Source: Kiritimatiellia bacterium
Lineage (GTDB): Bacteria > Verrucomicrobiota > Kiritimatiellia > RFP12 > UBA1067
Length of the DNA stretch: 64,000 nucleotides
Direction of reading: 5' to 3'
NCBI GenBank assembly: GCA_050949565.1
Contig: JBMNFY010000010.1
Location: forward strand, 288,001 to 352,000
Part shown: positions 21,201-29,971 of the stretch, piece by piece
How the letters are laid out: each line of letters begins with the position of its first letter
Position numbering within the stretch: the first letter of the stretch is position 1
The notes under the pieces: model-generated
The model's input: only the letters and a program-made list of their open reading frames with translations
What the model was told of the DNA's origin: nothing
The model's database searches: none
Position numbers and translations under genes: made by a program

Positions 21201-21401
21201 ACCGGCCCCGTGGCGAAAGGCGACGGCAATCACACCAAGAAGACGGTGATTCCGCTCTCCGTGCAGACGCGGCATCTGAAATTCGTGACGACCGGCGGCC
21301 GTGGCGGGCTGTATTGGTCGATTCACGAGATCACGGTCAAGGCAGGGCTCGACCAGAAAAAAGTGGAAGAGATCCGCGCCGTTGCGGAGTCGATCCGGTA
21401 A
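18258..21401 (+). CDS. Secreted ThuA-like domain + HEAT repeats + discoidin (F5/8 type C) protein
   Basis: Signal peptide; GKGLAVIHAG, DEIY, GKGRVFYTSFGH; Ala-rich HEAT repeats; C-terminal AFDRKPETRWTT..WFTLDLG..WSIHEI. Confidence 0.85.
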   Translation: MGYSEGFRRSVLGLCIAGAVSAAWSQTLQPVPQADVERLAERIQAWDAARPARPRRVLVFWRCEGFVHGKALEYGNETLKLATKAFAADLSNDYAVFAPENLAKYDAVILNNTTALDTRANPFIEPALIDYVRSGKGLAVIHAGADNFYKAERAAEMVGGRFWGHPWGSGGTWAFKLDEPGHPVNRAFGGKGISFGDEIYQQQSPFYNRAKLRVLVSLDMSDAATAAANGQRREDKDYAVSWIRPYGKGRVFYTSFGHDQRAFLDKAVVTHILDGIQYAIGDLKADDAPAGLSDADLARVRAASEANVNEVFAFLQDIAAHTFHARTEAANRAKLEALLKDTATSVHGKRAILRVMLNMGAPEDLEPVAACLTPPETRDWAAALLAGTPGKAAARCLTRTLQSPDPALRVTALNALAIRRDAAAVAPATADRDPAVAAAAFAALGRIGDTDALKALAKPAAAAYEPARLRALAACIGTLSDQGQARATVRAAKPIFTETSHPAAVRAAAARALLLADSRFFEFGIKDASPLVRQTVIRAADGVPVDVLAGALKTVAPSEQVMLAAKLASRGDASAADAVAALLTSDQEAVTVAALQTLTQLGAGRHVPAIAALMEREGTVGRSAVETLQDMRAKDAGAALFALAEREPDRQIKLLPVLGERMESALLPRFAPFVSSDRAEVRREVWKALGKAADERSCDTLLTWLPQIHADEINQAEAAVRAAVKNLEPAARASAFVAAWGKSGPAAKRALAALMTSYSDPAFLAPLTGALNDPDKSVRETASRQLGEWPSMAPFAALRTVVTMPGDAALRQVALRSALKLAATQGGGEARSRFIELFKAAPDDKGRESVADAVFRRDGIDLFPLLRGLFDDAACGGAAKALYCRFYDEKLKQQATQPLREIAPNKWKANASHGGRDAPRAFDRKPETRWTTGRTSEKGMWFTLDLGENVYVSEVVLDTERSANDTPNGYEVFASTDGKTWTGPVAKGDGNHTKKTVIPLSVQTRHLKFVTTGGRGGLYWSIHEITVKAGLDQKKVEEIRAVAESIR

Positions 21402-21443
21402 ATGAGAGCCCTAACGTTCAACCCTTTTGTACGAGAGACAACC

Positions 21444-22718
21444 ATGAACCTTTCACGTAGAACTTTTCTCCGCGGCTCGGCCGCGATCGCTTCAGCCGCG
21501 CTATTCAACATTGTTCCCGCGCGTGTGCTCGGCCAGAACGCGCCCAGTAACCGCATTGCTATGGCGATGATCGGCGTCGGTGGCATGGGGCGCGGCAACA
21601 TGGGCTCTTTCCTCGGCATTGAGGATGTGTCCGTGCGTATCGTGTGTGACGTCAATACCAAGAAGATGGAGGACGCCAAGCGTCATGTCGACGGGCATTA
21701 CAAAAATGCGGATTGTCTGATGATTAAAGACTTCCGTGACGTATGCACGCGCGATGACATCGACGCTGTGATGATCGCCACGCCTGACCATTGGCATGCG
21801 ATCATCGGGATTTTTGCGGCGCGCCACGGCAAGGACATCTACGGCGAAAAGCCGTTCGCGCACAATCTGCTGGAGGGGCGCGCGCTGGTCAATGCCGTCC
21901 GTCAGCACGGACGAATCTGGCAGACCGGAAGTTGGCAGCGCTCGTCCGGCGAGATGCGCCGAGCGGTCGAGTTGGTGCGCAACGGCCGTATCGGCCGGAT
22001 CAGCCGCATGGAGGTGGGGCTGCCCTCGGGTGGACGCGGCCGTCCGGCTGACCCTTCTGCGCAGGTACCGCCGGAACTTGACTGGGATTTCTGGTTGGGG
22101 CCGGCGCCGTTCCGCCCGTTTCAGGGTGTTTGTGACTTTGATTGGCGCTGGGTGCTAGAGTGGGGCGGCGGGCAGTTGATGGACTGGGTCGGGCACCATG
22201 CCGATATCGCGCAGTGGGGAATCGACCGCGACACCTCCGGTCCGATCTCGTTTGAAGGGTATGCGCCGTTTGAGCCGGATGGTATCTATGATTCACCCAA
22301 GACTTACCGTTTCACGTGCCGGTATACCGACGGTATCGAGATGACGGTGGCCGATAGTTCGCAAGTTAGGGGCGGTACCACCTGGTACGGCGAGAACGGG
22401 GCGTGGATCTGGGTGGACCGCGGCCGTTACGAGGCTTCGTCGCCGGCGATCCGCGACAGCAAGATTGAGGCGGGCGAGTTGCGCTTGCGTAGCCCTGGGC
22501 ATCAGCGCGACTTCATCGCCTGCGTGAAAAACCGTGACACGACGCTGACGCCGGCCGAGGTCGCGCACCGTTCGGCCAGTATCGGACAACTCGGCCAGAT
22601 CGCGATGCTGACCGGGCGCAAGATCACTTGGAATCCCGAGACCGAGCAGATTATCAACGATCCGGCTGCGGCGGCCTTGCTGGGACGCACACCGCGCAGC
22701 CCTTGGACGTTGGGTTGA
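21444..22718 (+). CDS. Tat-exported Gfo/Idh/MocA oxidoreductase
   Basis: SRRTFL Tat motif, IGVGGMG, IATPDHWH, YGEKP. Confidence 0.92.
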   Translation: MNLSRRTFLRGSAAIASAALFNIVPARVLGQNAPSNRIAMAMIGVGGMGRGNMGSFLGIEDVSVRIVCDVNTKKMEDAKRHVDGHYKNADCLMIKDFRDVCTRDDIDAVMIATPDHWHAIIGIFAARHGKDIYGEKPFAHNLLEGRALVNAVRQHGRIWQTGSWQRSSGEMRRAVELVRNGRIGRISRMEVGLPSGGRGRPADPSAQVPPELDWDFWLGPAPFRPFQGVCDFDWRWVLEWGGGQLMDWVGHHADIAQWGIDRDTSGPISFEGYAPFEPDGIYDSPKTYRFTCRYTDGIEMTVADSSQVRGGTTWYGENGAWIWVDRGRYEASSPAIRDSKIEAGELRLRSPGHQRDFIACVKNRDTTLTPAEVAHRSASIGQLGQIAMLTGRKITWNPETEQIINDPAAAALLGRTPRSPWTLG

Positions 22719-22735
22719 GGCGGGCACCGCCCGCA

Positions 22736-24244
22736 TTAGTCAAAAAGACGGCCGGGATTGAGCCGTCCGGTCGGGTCGAAGGTGGCCTTGAGGCGGCGCA
22801 TGCCCGCAAGGCCCTCCGGTCCGGCCATGACTGCGAGCAACTCTTTTTTGAGGCGTCCGATACCGTGTTCGCCCGCGACGCTGCCGCCCCAACTGACCAC
22901 TCGCTCCGCCCAAGAGCGGACAAGCCGCTTGCCTATTGCGTACTCGGTCATGTCACGTGGCAGGATGTTGACGTGGAGATGGTTGTCGCCGATGTGGCCG
23001 AAAATCACATGCTCAAGTTTTGCGGCTGCAAGGTCACGGCGGTAAAGGCGTATAACCTCCGGCAGGATGTCGTCGGGCACGGAGAAGTCGGTGCCGAGCT
23101 TGGTGAGGTCGGGCAGTCGGCGCTTACGCTCGGCGATCATGGCGTTGACCTGTTCAGGAACCGCATGACGGAAGAGTTTGAGCTTATCGAGCGACGACGC
23201 ATCTGCGGCGAGCCATGTGTTGCGCGGATCGCCGTGACAGGCGAGGAGGATGTCGCTGGTCAGCGCGGCAGGCGACGTTGCGTCGGAGGCCAGCGCCCAT
23301 TCCAGATAGAGGGCGACGTTCCATCCAGGCTTTGAGGGCGGCAGCGGCAGACCGGCGTGTGCGGTGCCGGTGCGGACGAACCGCAGCGAATCCGCGTCGA
23401 AGTACTCAATGGCCGTGAGCGTGTGGGGCAGGGCGGCGGAGGCGGCGGATCGGATCGCTTGAACGCACGCCAGCGCATGCGCTTCAGCGGCAAAAAAGCA
23501 CAGGATGCCAAGCGTCTGGAACGGTTTGGCGTGCAGACGCAACTCAATTTCTGCAAGAATGCCGAGTGTGCCCTCGCTGCCGATAAACAGGTCGAGCAGG
23601 TCCATGTCAGGCTTGACCCAATATCCGGCCGAGTTTTTAACGGTCGGCATGGGGATGTGCGGAAGCTCACCGGAAATCAGCCGCCCGCTGTCGGTGGTGA
23701 GTGAAAAGCGGTTACCGTCCGCCTTGTCATGGCCACGGCGCAGGGTGAGCGTGTCGCCGTCGGCCAACACCACGGTGAGCGCCTCGATGTGGGCGCGTGT
23801 CGGGCCGTAAGCAAAGGAGCAGGCACCCGATGCGTTGCAGGCCACCATGCCGCCGATGCTGGCGGTTGTTTCCGTGGGGTCCGGGGTGAACAGGTGGGCG
23901 GGGAAAGCGGTTGTGAGGTGTCGGCGCAGAGCGACCAATGAGACCCCGGGCTGGACACGTATGGTCGGAGGCGCGGCGGTGCCGGTATCGGTGCCGGAAC
24001 CGAGGATGGCGTCCATACGTGAGAGGTTGATGATCAGACCGCCGTCCGGCACCGCGCCGGCGGCGATACCCGTCCGGGAGCCCTGAACCGTCAGCGGCAG
24101 ACCGCAGGAGAACGTCTGTTTGAGTGCGGCGGTCAGCTCATGCGCACTCTTCGGAAAGGCGATAGCAATGGCGGAACCGTTTTTCCGCGATTCGTCGCGC
24201 AGATAATCCGGCGGGACAGGTGTCGTGAAACAATCGAGCGGCAT
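22736..24244 (-). CDS. FAD-linked oxidase (GlcD/D-lactate dehydrogenase family)
   Basis: SIGGMVACNASG, FIGSEGTLGI, GHIGDNHLHVN, GEHGIGRLK. Confidence 0.9.
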   Translation of the reverse strand: MPLDCFTTPVPPDYLRDESRKNGSAIAIAFPKSAHELTAALKQTFSCGLPLTVQGSRTGIAAGAVPDGGLIINLSRMDAILGSGTDTGTAAPPTIRVQPGVSLVALRRHLTTAFPAHLFTPDPTETTASIGGMVACNASGACSFAYGPTRAHIEALTVVLADGDTLTLRRGHDKADGNRFSLTTDSGRLISGELPHIPMPTVKNSAGYWVKPDMDLLDLFIGSEGTLGILAEIELRLHAKPFQTLGILCFFAAEAHALACVQAIRSAASAALPHTLTAIEYFDADSLRFVRTGTAHAGLPLPPSKPGWNVALYLEWALASDATSPAALTSDILLACHGDPRNTWLAADASSLDKLKLFRHAVPEQVNAMIAERKRRLPDLTKLGTDFSVPDDILPEVIRLYRRDLAAAKLEHVIFGHIGDNHLHVNILPRDMTEYAIGKRLVRSWAERVVSWGGSVAGEHGIGRLKKELLAVMAGPEGLAGMRRLKATFDPTGRLNPGRLFD

Positions 24245-24291
24245 CTCGCAGGGTCTCTCGTCTACGTTGCACGTGGCGCTCCTGAGCCCGG

Positions 24292-25276
24292 CTACATCCG
24301 CGAGGCAAAACGGCGTTGCAGGGCTACCATTGCACTGCCGGCCGCCGCAAACACTTCGCCAACCTGCGTTGTTTTGCGCGTGTTTTCAAGATGTGCGATC
24401 ACGTAGGCCGCATTGGGGTTTTCGGTCAATCCCAATCCAACACAGGCCGCTTCGACACGTTGCCAGTTGACCGAGCTCAGTTCGCGGATCAATGCCTGCA
24501 AGGCCTCTTCGGTGCCGATCCGTCCCAACGCATAGTAGGCACGCCGGCTCTTGCCGAGTCTGCTGATGAGGGGTTTGACGCTGGCGGACCCGATTTTGAC
24601 AAGAATATCCGTTAGCGCATCGGCCGCCCTGTTCTCTTTAGGTTCGGCAAAAGAGTTTTCAAGTCCTTCGATGACAATCGGCACGGCATGAGAGCCAAAG
24701 GCCAATATGGCCTTGGCCGCAGCCGCGTCACCCTCGCGGACGCGCTTCACAAGATCGTTTAGCGATGCCTGCGCGTCCTGCCGGAAAGTGAGGTTGACGG
24801 TCTGGCGTCCGGCGGGGTCGGGCGGAATGGACGCGGCGGTCGGCACGGTGACCGGCACACCGCACTTGCGGCATGGGATTTTCTTGCCGGCTGCACGCTC
24901 GGTGACGATCAGCTTGCAGGAACAGTTCGGGCAGATAAAACGTGATGTCGCCGTTGCTCAGGGTGACGGGGACAGTTGTGCTGCCAAAACCGGTCTGTGG
25001 TTTCTCAACGGGGATCGCCGCTGGCGGCGGCGTCGGGCGGCTGGAAGGCGGCGGTCAGCGGGGGCAACGGTGCCGTCTGCGCGGACTGCTGTTGCGGCTC
25101 CAGGGTGGGGGAGGCTGCAGAAGGACTCTGCTCCTCCTTCGGCGTTGGTGTCGGTGCTTCGGGCAATTTGATGTGCCCTTTGCAGATGGGACAAGCGATC
25201 TTACGTGCCCGAGCAGGTTCTCGGCTGCTCCGAGTCGCTGTTGACAGTGTGGACAATTAAACTTTATTGTACGCAT
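24292..25276 (-). pseudogene. Zinc-ribbon + HEAT-repeat protein with three frameshifts (possible assembly errors)
   Basis: Pieces MRTIKFNCPHC / RKIACPICK / ICPNCSCKL..IPCRKCG / HEAT domain lie in successive frames; shifts near 25205, 25010 and 24937. Confidence 0.65.
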
Positions 25277-25284
25277 AAGAGTTA

Positions 25285-25938
25285 CTACCGCTTGCTGTTA
25301 CGCGTTACGTGGGCGCGGGCGCAAGCCTCACGGCAGCGGCCCGCGACCCCATCCCAGTTGCCTTGCGCCATATCCTCTTTCTTGGCGATCCAGGTTCCGC
25401 CGACGGCGGCGACCGTATCGAGCGCAAGATAGCCTTCTAAATTAGCCGGGGAAATACCGCCTGTTGGCATGAAGCGGACTCCAGTATGCCGGTACGGCGC
25501 GGAAAGCGCGGAAAGGAGCTTGGTGCCGCCCAATGCTTCGGCCGGGAAAAACTTCAATAAGCGGAGGCCGCATTCAAGCGCGGCTTCAATGTCGGACGGC
25601 GTCGCGATGCCCGGCACAAAAGGCAGGTTCAATTCGCGCGCGGCCTGAACGACGCGTGGGTTAAAACCGGGAGCGACCGCAAACTGTGCGCCGGCATCGA
25701 CGGCGGTCTTGACCGTTTCAGGCGTGAGCACAGTGCCTGCCCCGACGATCAAGTCTGGACGCTCATGCGAAAGGATGCGTATGGCTTCAGCTGCGGCCTG
25801 AGTCCGAAAAGTGATTTCAACCACAGGCAAGCCGCCCGTAAGCAGGGCGTCTGCAAGCGGCAAGGCATGATCGGCGGCGTCGATGGCGACGACGGGCACA
25901 ACACCAAGTTCTGCGATGCGGTTCAAAACGTCACTCAT
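25285..25938 (-). CDS. eda: KDPG/KHG aldolase
   Basis: VEITFRT, GAGTVL, LKFFPAE, MPTGGI. Confidence 0.95.
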   Translation of the reverse strand: MSDVLNRIAELGVVPVVAIDAADHALPLADALLTGGLPVVEITFRTQAAAEAIRILSHERPDLIVGAGTVLTPETVKTAVDAGAQFAVAPGFNPRVVQAARELNLPFVPGIATPSDIEAALECGLRLLKFFPAEALGGTKLLSALSAPYRHTGVRFMPTGGISPANLEGYLALDTVAAVGGTWIAKKEDMAQGNWDGVAGRCREACARAHVTRNSKR

Positions 25939-26008
25939 ATAAACTCCATGCAGTTGAGCTTCACATTTTGGCGGCATAACGTCAGAATGTCAATCTGCAA
26001 TCGCGACA

Positions 26009-28594
26009 TTACGCGAATCCGCGGTCAAAAAGGGCACGGTGGGTGTCGGTTAGCGGTTGACCAGCGCGGATTGCAGCGAGCTTTTGAGTGTCCCACACGG
26101 CTTCCGGTGACCATGAGAGGTCAATGCGGTAACGGCGAGCCGCATTTTCCTGTGTGTGTGCGGCGACGTAAAACGCGGATTCCGCAACCGTGATCCAGCG
26201 GTTGTCGAGATGGATGACGCGGAAAGCGCGACCGCGGCGGTCGGTTAAATGGAGGACGTCAGACGGCGGTGCGCTGACATCCGGGGAGAGGCAGGGGGCG
26301 GTCTCCGAGATGAAAAGCGGCGTGTGCTGATAGACCAGCGTCTCGATCGCCGGAGAGGGAACGGAACGGGGTTGGTTCAGGGTCTTCAGACAGTCGAGGT
26401 TGATTTCTGGCGAAAGCACCACCTGGCGCGCGCCCAAACGACCGAGTTCGGCAAGCGCGACACGGTTCAGGGCGTAGAGGCTCCAATCGGCGGAGAACGG
26501 CGGCTGGCCCTGATCGGCGAGCAACCGGAAACCGGCGAGGTCGGCGCACTCCCAGTCGTTCCAGCCGTCGCCGCACAACGCATCAACCGTTTTCACCAGC
26601 GCTTTCCACTCCTGCATGCGTGAGAGGAGCGGTAGCGCTAGGCGTAGCCGCGCGCGATCAGTCACCGTACACCATGCATCCAAGTCCCGTCTCAGCGTAT
26701 CATAGCCGGTGTGCCCGATGGCCAGAACGATGCACGCAAAGTTGTCAAGGCCCGCGTCGGCGGGGGGCGGGGGTGCGATTCTGAGTTTCAGCGTCCAGAT
26801 TGGCGTGACGGCATCGGCGGCGCGGACGCCGGACTCAGACGTTGAGGGTGGAGGCACGGATGGCGTTGCGGACGGTTGTTCAGCGGATGGCAGGTGCAGG
26901 CCCCATGCGTCGGCGATGCCTTGCCGACGTGCGGTGCGGGAAGCGTCCCATCGGACATTCAGTCGGGCCACGACTGACCTGCGGGCTTCGTTGAGGGCGG
27001 ACAGGGGAGCGTAAAGGGTTGCGGGATCATCCAGTTCGAGCGTCTCGAAACGCCAAGCGGTGTCGCCCAGCCTTGAAAAGGCCTTACGCACCGCACCGGC
27101 GGTCTTGTCGGGCTGCTTCGATGATGAGAGCGCTAGCGGAATCCAGGCTTCGGCGTTCACGGGCGTTGCGGACGTGGACGCGGTGTCGAGCGTTTCGGCT
27201 TGGGCAGCGATACCGTCGGGGCGCAACGACACGCGGAAGGCGACGGGGCGTCCGGTGTCGAAGTCGGCGTCACGCAGCGTGCGAACGGCATAGCGGCGGC
27301 GTACTGCCTGCGAGGCCGAGCAGAAGATCGGGGCACCGCGCGGGATGTCCGGAAGGTCTTCGTCCGGTAGGGCGACCTCCACGGGAACATCGGCGGGCAG
27401 GGTGACCACAGGGCGGGTCGCGCCGGCCGCACGTAGCGTGTTTGCCGCGAAACCGAACGGTTTGCCGCCCGAGGCCAGTTCGACCTGCAAGCCGTCGTGC
27501 TTTTCCAAGGCACGCGACGAGGTGAAGCGCAACCAGCGGGTACCGGCGCGGTCGCGAGAGACGGCCTCGACAGACCCGATGCAAGCGCCGCGGTGGCCGA
27601 TGGCGACAGGATCAATCACGGCGGCTGACGGGGCGTCGGCACCGTGCGCGTAGAGCGTGGTCCAGGGACGGCTGAAAATAGTCTGCACATCTTGGATCAG
27701 CGTCTGTTCGGCGTCGGGCGTGAGCGTCCCGTCCAGTTTGCGCCGGTAGTAGTCGGTCACGCAGGCCACGTAGAGCGGACTCTTCATGCGTCCTTCGATC
27801 TTCAACGATTGCACACCGGTCGCGATGACTTCGTCGAGCAGCGGGGCGAGGGCGAGGTCACGCATGGAGAAAGGGTAAGCAGGACGGTCGGCGGAGGGAG
27901 AGGAAGAGGGGGTGTCTGCGGCAAATTTCCCGCGACAGCAATACGCGCACCGTCCGCGGTTACCACTGCGTCCGGTCATGTGCGCCGAAAAAAGGCAGAG
28001 GCCGCTGACGCTGTAGCAGAGGGCACCGTGTACAAAGATTTCGACCTCTACGCCGGAATCCTGGACGATCTGCCGGATTTCTTCGAGCGTGAGTTCACGA
28101 GCCAGAATCACACGGGAGAATCCGAGTTCGCGGAGAGCGACGGCACCGGCGACATTATGGACGGCCATTTGCGTGCTGGCGTGTAGCTCAAGGCGGGGAA
28201 AATGATCGCGGATCAGACGGGCAACACCGAGGTCCTGCACGATCACACCGTCGGGGGCAAGGTCATCGAGAGTGTCAAGGGTCTCGATGAGTTGCGGCAG
28301 TTCAGTGTCTTGGATCAACGTATTGACCGTCACATAGATCCGTTTGCGCGGCGAGAAGGAGCGGGCGTAGGCCAGCAGGAGACGCAGTCGGTCGGGGGTG
28401 AGGTTGTCGGCATCAGCGCGCGCAGAGAAGTGTGACAGTCCCAGATAAACCGCGTCGGCACCGTATTGGAAGGCAGTCAAAGCGGCTTCGAAACCGCCTG
28501 CAGGTGCCAAAAGTTCGGGAGGGGAGGAGGGGTTGCATAAATTAGAAGACCGGCTTTTGCAAGCCGGTCTTGGGGGGATGCTAGGAGTACACAT
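26009..28594 (-). CDS. Peptidase U32 family protein (RlhA-like); start uncertain
   Basis: PELLAPAG, GADAVYLG, HASTQ, FVHGALCYSVSGLC, GNRGRCAYCCR, LKIEGRMK. Confidence 0.88.
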   Translation of the reverse strand: MCTPSIPPRPACKSRSSNLCNPSSPPELLAPAGGFEAALTAFQYGADAVYLGLSHFSARADADNLTPDRLRLLLAYARSFSPRKRIYVTVNTLIQDTELPQLIETLDTLDDLAPDGVIVQDLGVARLIRDHFPRLELHASTQMAVHNVAGAVALRELGFSRVILARELTLEEIRQIVQDSGVEVEIFVHGALCYSVSGLCLFSAHMTGRSGNRGRCAYCCRGKFAADTPSSSPSADRPAYPFSMRDLALAPLLDEVIATGVQSLKIEGRMKSPLYVACVTDYYRRKLDGTLTPDAEQTLIQDVQTIFSRPWTTLYAHGADAPSAAVIDPVAIGHRGACIGSVEAVSRDRAGTRWLRFTSSRALEKHDGLQVELASGGKPFGFAANTLRAAGATRPVVTLPADVPVEVALPDEDLPDIPRGAPIFCSASQAVRRRYAVRTLRDADFDTGRPVAFRVSLRPDGIAAQAETLDTASTSATPVNAEAWIPLALSSSKQPDKTAGAVRKAFSRLGDTAWRFETLELDDPATLYAPLSALNEARRSVVARLNVRWDASRTARRQGIADAWGLHLPSAEQPSATPSVPPPSTSESGVRAADAVTPIWTLKLRIAPPPPADAGLDNFACIVLAIGHTGYDTLRRDLDAWCTVTDRARLRLALPLLSRMQEWKALVKTVDALCGDGWNDWECADLAGFRLLADQGQPPFSADWSLYALNRVALAELGRLGARQVVLSPEINLDCLKTLNQPRSVPSPAIETLVYQHTPLFISETAPCLSPDVSAPPSDVLHLTDRRGRAFRVIHLDNRWITVAESAFYVAAHTQENAARRYRIDLSWSPEAVWDTQKLAAIRAGQPLTDTHRALFDRGFA

Positions 28595-28794
28595 GGAGAC
28601 AACAATCCAAGATACAACAAACCTTTTCCAATCAACAATACATACGGTACCAAACGAGACCGGAAAGGACAAGCGCTTTTTGTTTTTTTCATGCAGGAAA
28701 TTTCGTGTCTGCTTGTCAGACTCGCACGAATATGCTAATTAGCCTACTTCAAATTGTGAACCGACCGAGTGGCATAGTACTTTGAGAGGATAAT

Positions 28795-29931
28795 GTGACA
28801 GAGCGGGACGCCTTAATCGCTATGAACCGGGTGACCGGCCTGGGCGCCATTACGGCTAAACGGATGGCGGAGCGGTTCGGATCGCTGGCTGCGGCCTTCG
28901 AGGCCTCGGAAAGCGACCTGCGGACCGTGGTAGGCATCGGTCCGGACCGAGCGCAGCAGTTCTGGTCTGACCTGCAGCAGGCGCGTGCCGATGATGAGTT
29001 GGCGCGTGCGGCCAAAAAAGGGGTGAAGCTGGTCACTTGGGAAGATCCCGGTTATCCGGCCCTGCTCAAGCAGATTGCCGATCCGCCGCTGGTTCTGTAC
29101 GTCGCGGGGTCGGTCGAGGCCTTGGATCGCCCGGCGGTGGCGATCATTGGCACGCGCCGTCCAACGGTTTACGGGCGTGATTGCGCGCGTCGTTTCGGCT
29201 ATCAGCTTGCCAGTTCAGGCTATATGGTCGCGAGCGGGTTGGCACTGGGCATTGATGCCGAGGCGCATACCGGTGCGGTGCAAGCCAAGGGCGTGAGTGT
29301 GGCAGTTTTGGGCGGAGCGCTCGATCGTCTGTTTCCCAAAGAGAATGCCGGGCTGGCGCGCGCGATGATTGAGTGCGGCGGTGCGGTGGTGTCGGAGTAT
29401 CCGTTTGGACGGCAGCCGGACCGGCAGACCTTCCCGATGCGCAACCGCATCGTCAGCGGACTGAGCAGGGGCGTGCTGGTCGTGGAAGCACCGTTCAACA
29501 GTGGCACAATGATCACCGTGAGCCAAGCGCTCGACCAGAACCGCAGCGTGATGGCGGTGCCGGGACGGATCGACTCGCCAGCGTCACAGGGCTGCCACAA
29601 ATTGCTGCGTGAAGGCGCACGGTTGGCGACCTGCGCCGATGATGTGATTGAAGAACTTCAGGATTTGATGGCCGGTATGCGTCAAGCGACGAAGACGCGT
29701 CCGGCGGAACCGGCGCGTTCGGCTCAAGCCGAGCGTCCGCCCGAGTCGGTGCTGACGCCCGAAGAGCGCGCCGTACTGGTGCAGCTTGGTGTTGACGGGG
29801 TGTCGGTGGATGAGGTGGTGCGCGCGAGCGGGTTGGATGCCGGTAAAGTGAACGCTCTGCTGGTCGGGCTACAGATCAAGCGACATGTCCGGGTCTTGCC
29901 GGGCGGACGAGTGGCGCGCCGCTCGATATGA
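28795..29931 (+). CDS. dprA: DNA-processing protein DprA
   Basis: DPPLVLY, AIIGTR, SGLALGIDAEAH, FPMRNRIVSGLS. Confidence 0.95.
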   Translation: MTERDALIAMNRVTGLGAITAKRMAERFGSLAAAFEASESDLRTVVGIGPDRAQQFWSDLQQARADDELARAAKKGVKLVTWEDPGYPALLKQIADPPLVLYVAGSVEALDRPAVAIIGTRRPTVYGRDCARRFGYQLASSGYMVASGLALGIDAEAHTGAVQAKGVSVAVLGGALDRLFPKENAGLARAMIECGGAVVSEYPFGRQPDRQTFPMRNRIVSGLSRGVLVVEAPFNSGTMITVSQALDQNRSVMAVPGRIDSPASQGCHKLLREGARLATCADDVIEELQDLMAGMRQATKTRPAEPARSAQAERPPESVLTPEERAVLVQLGVDGVSVDEVVRASGLDAGKVNALLVGLQIKRHVRVLPGGRVARRSI

Positions 29932-29971
29932 GCGGCTCTGATTTTTTAGGTGTTTAGTAAGGAAAAAAAGA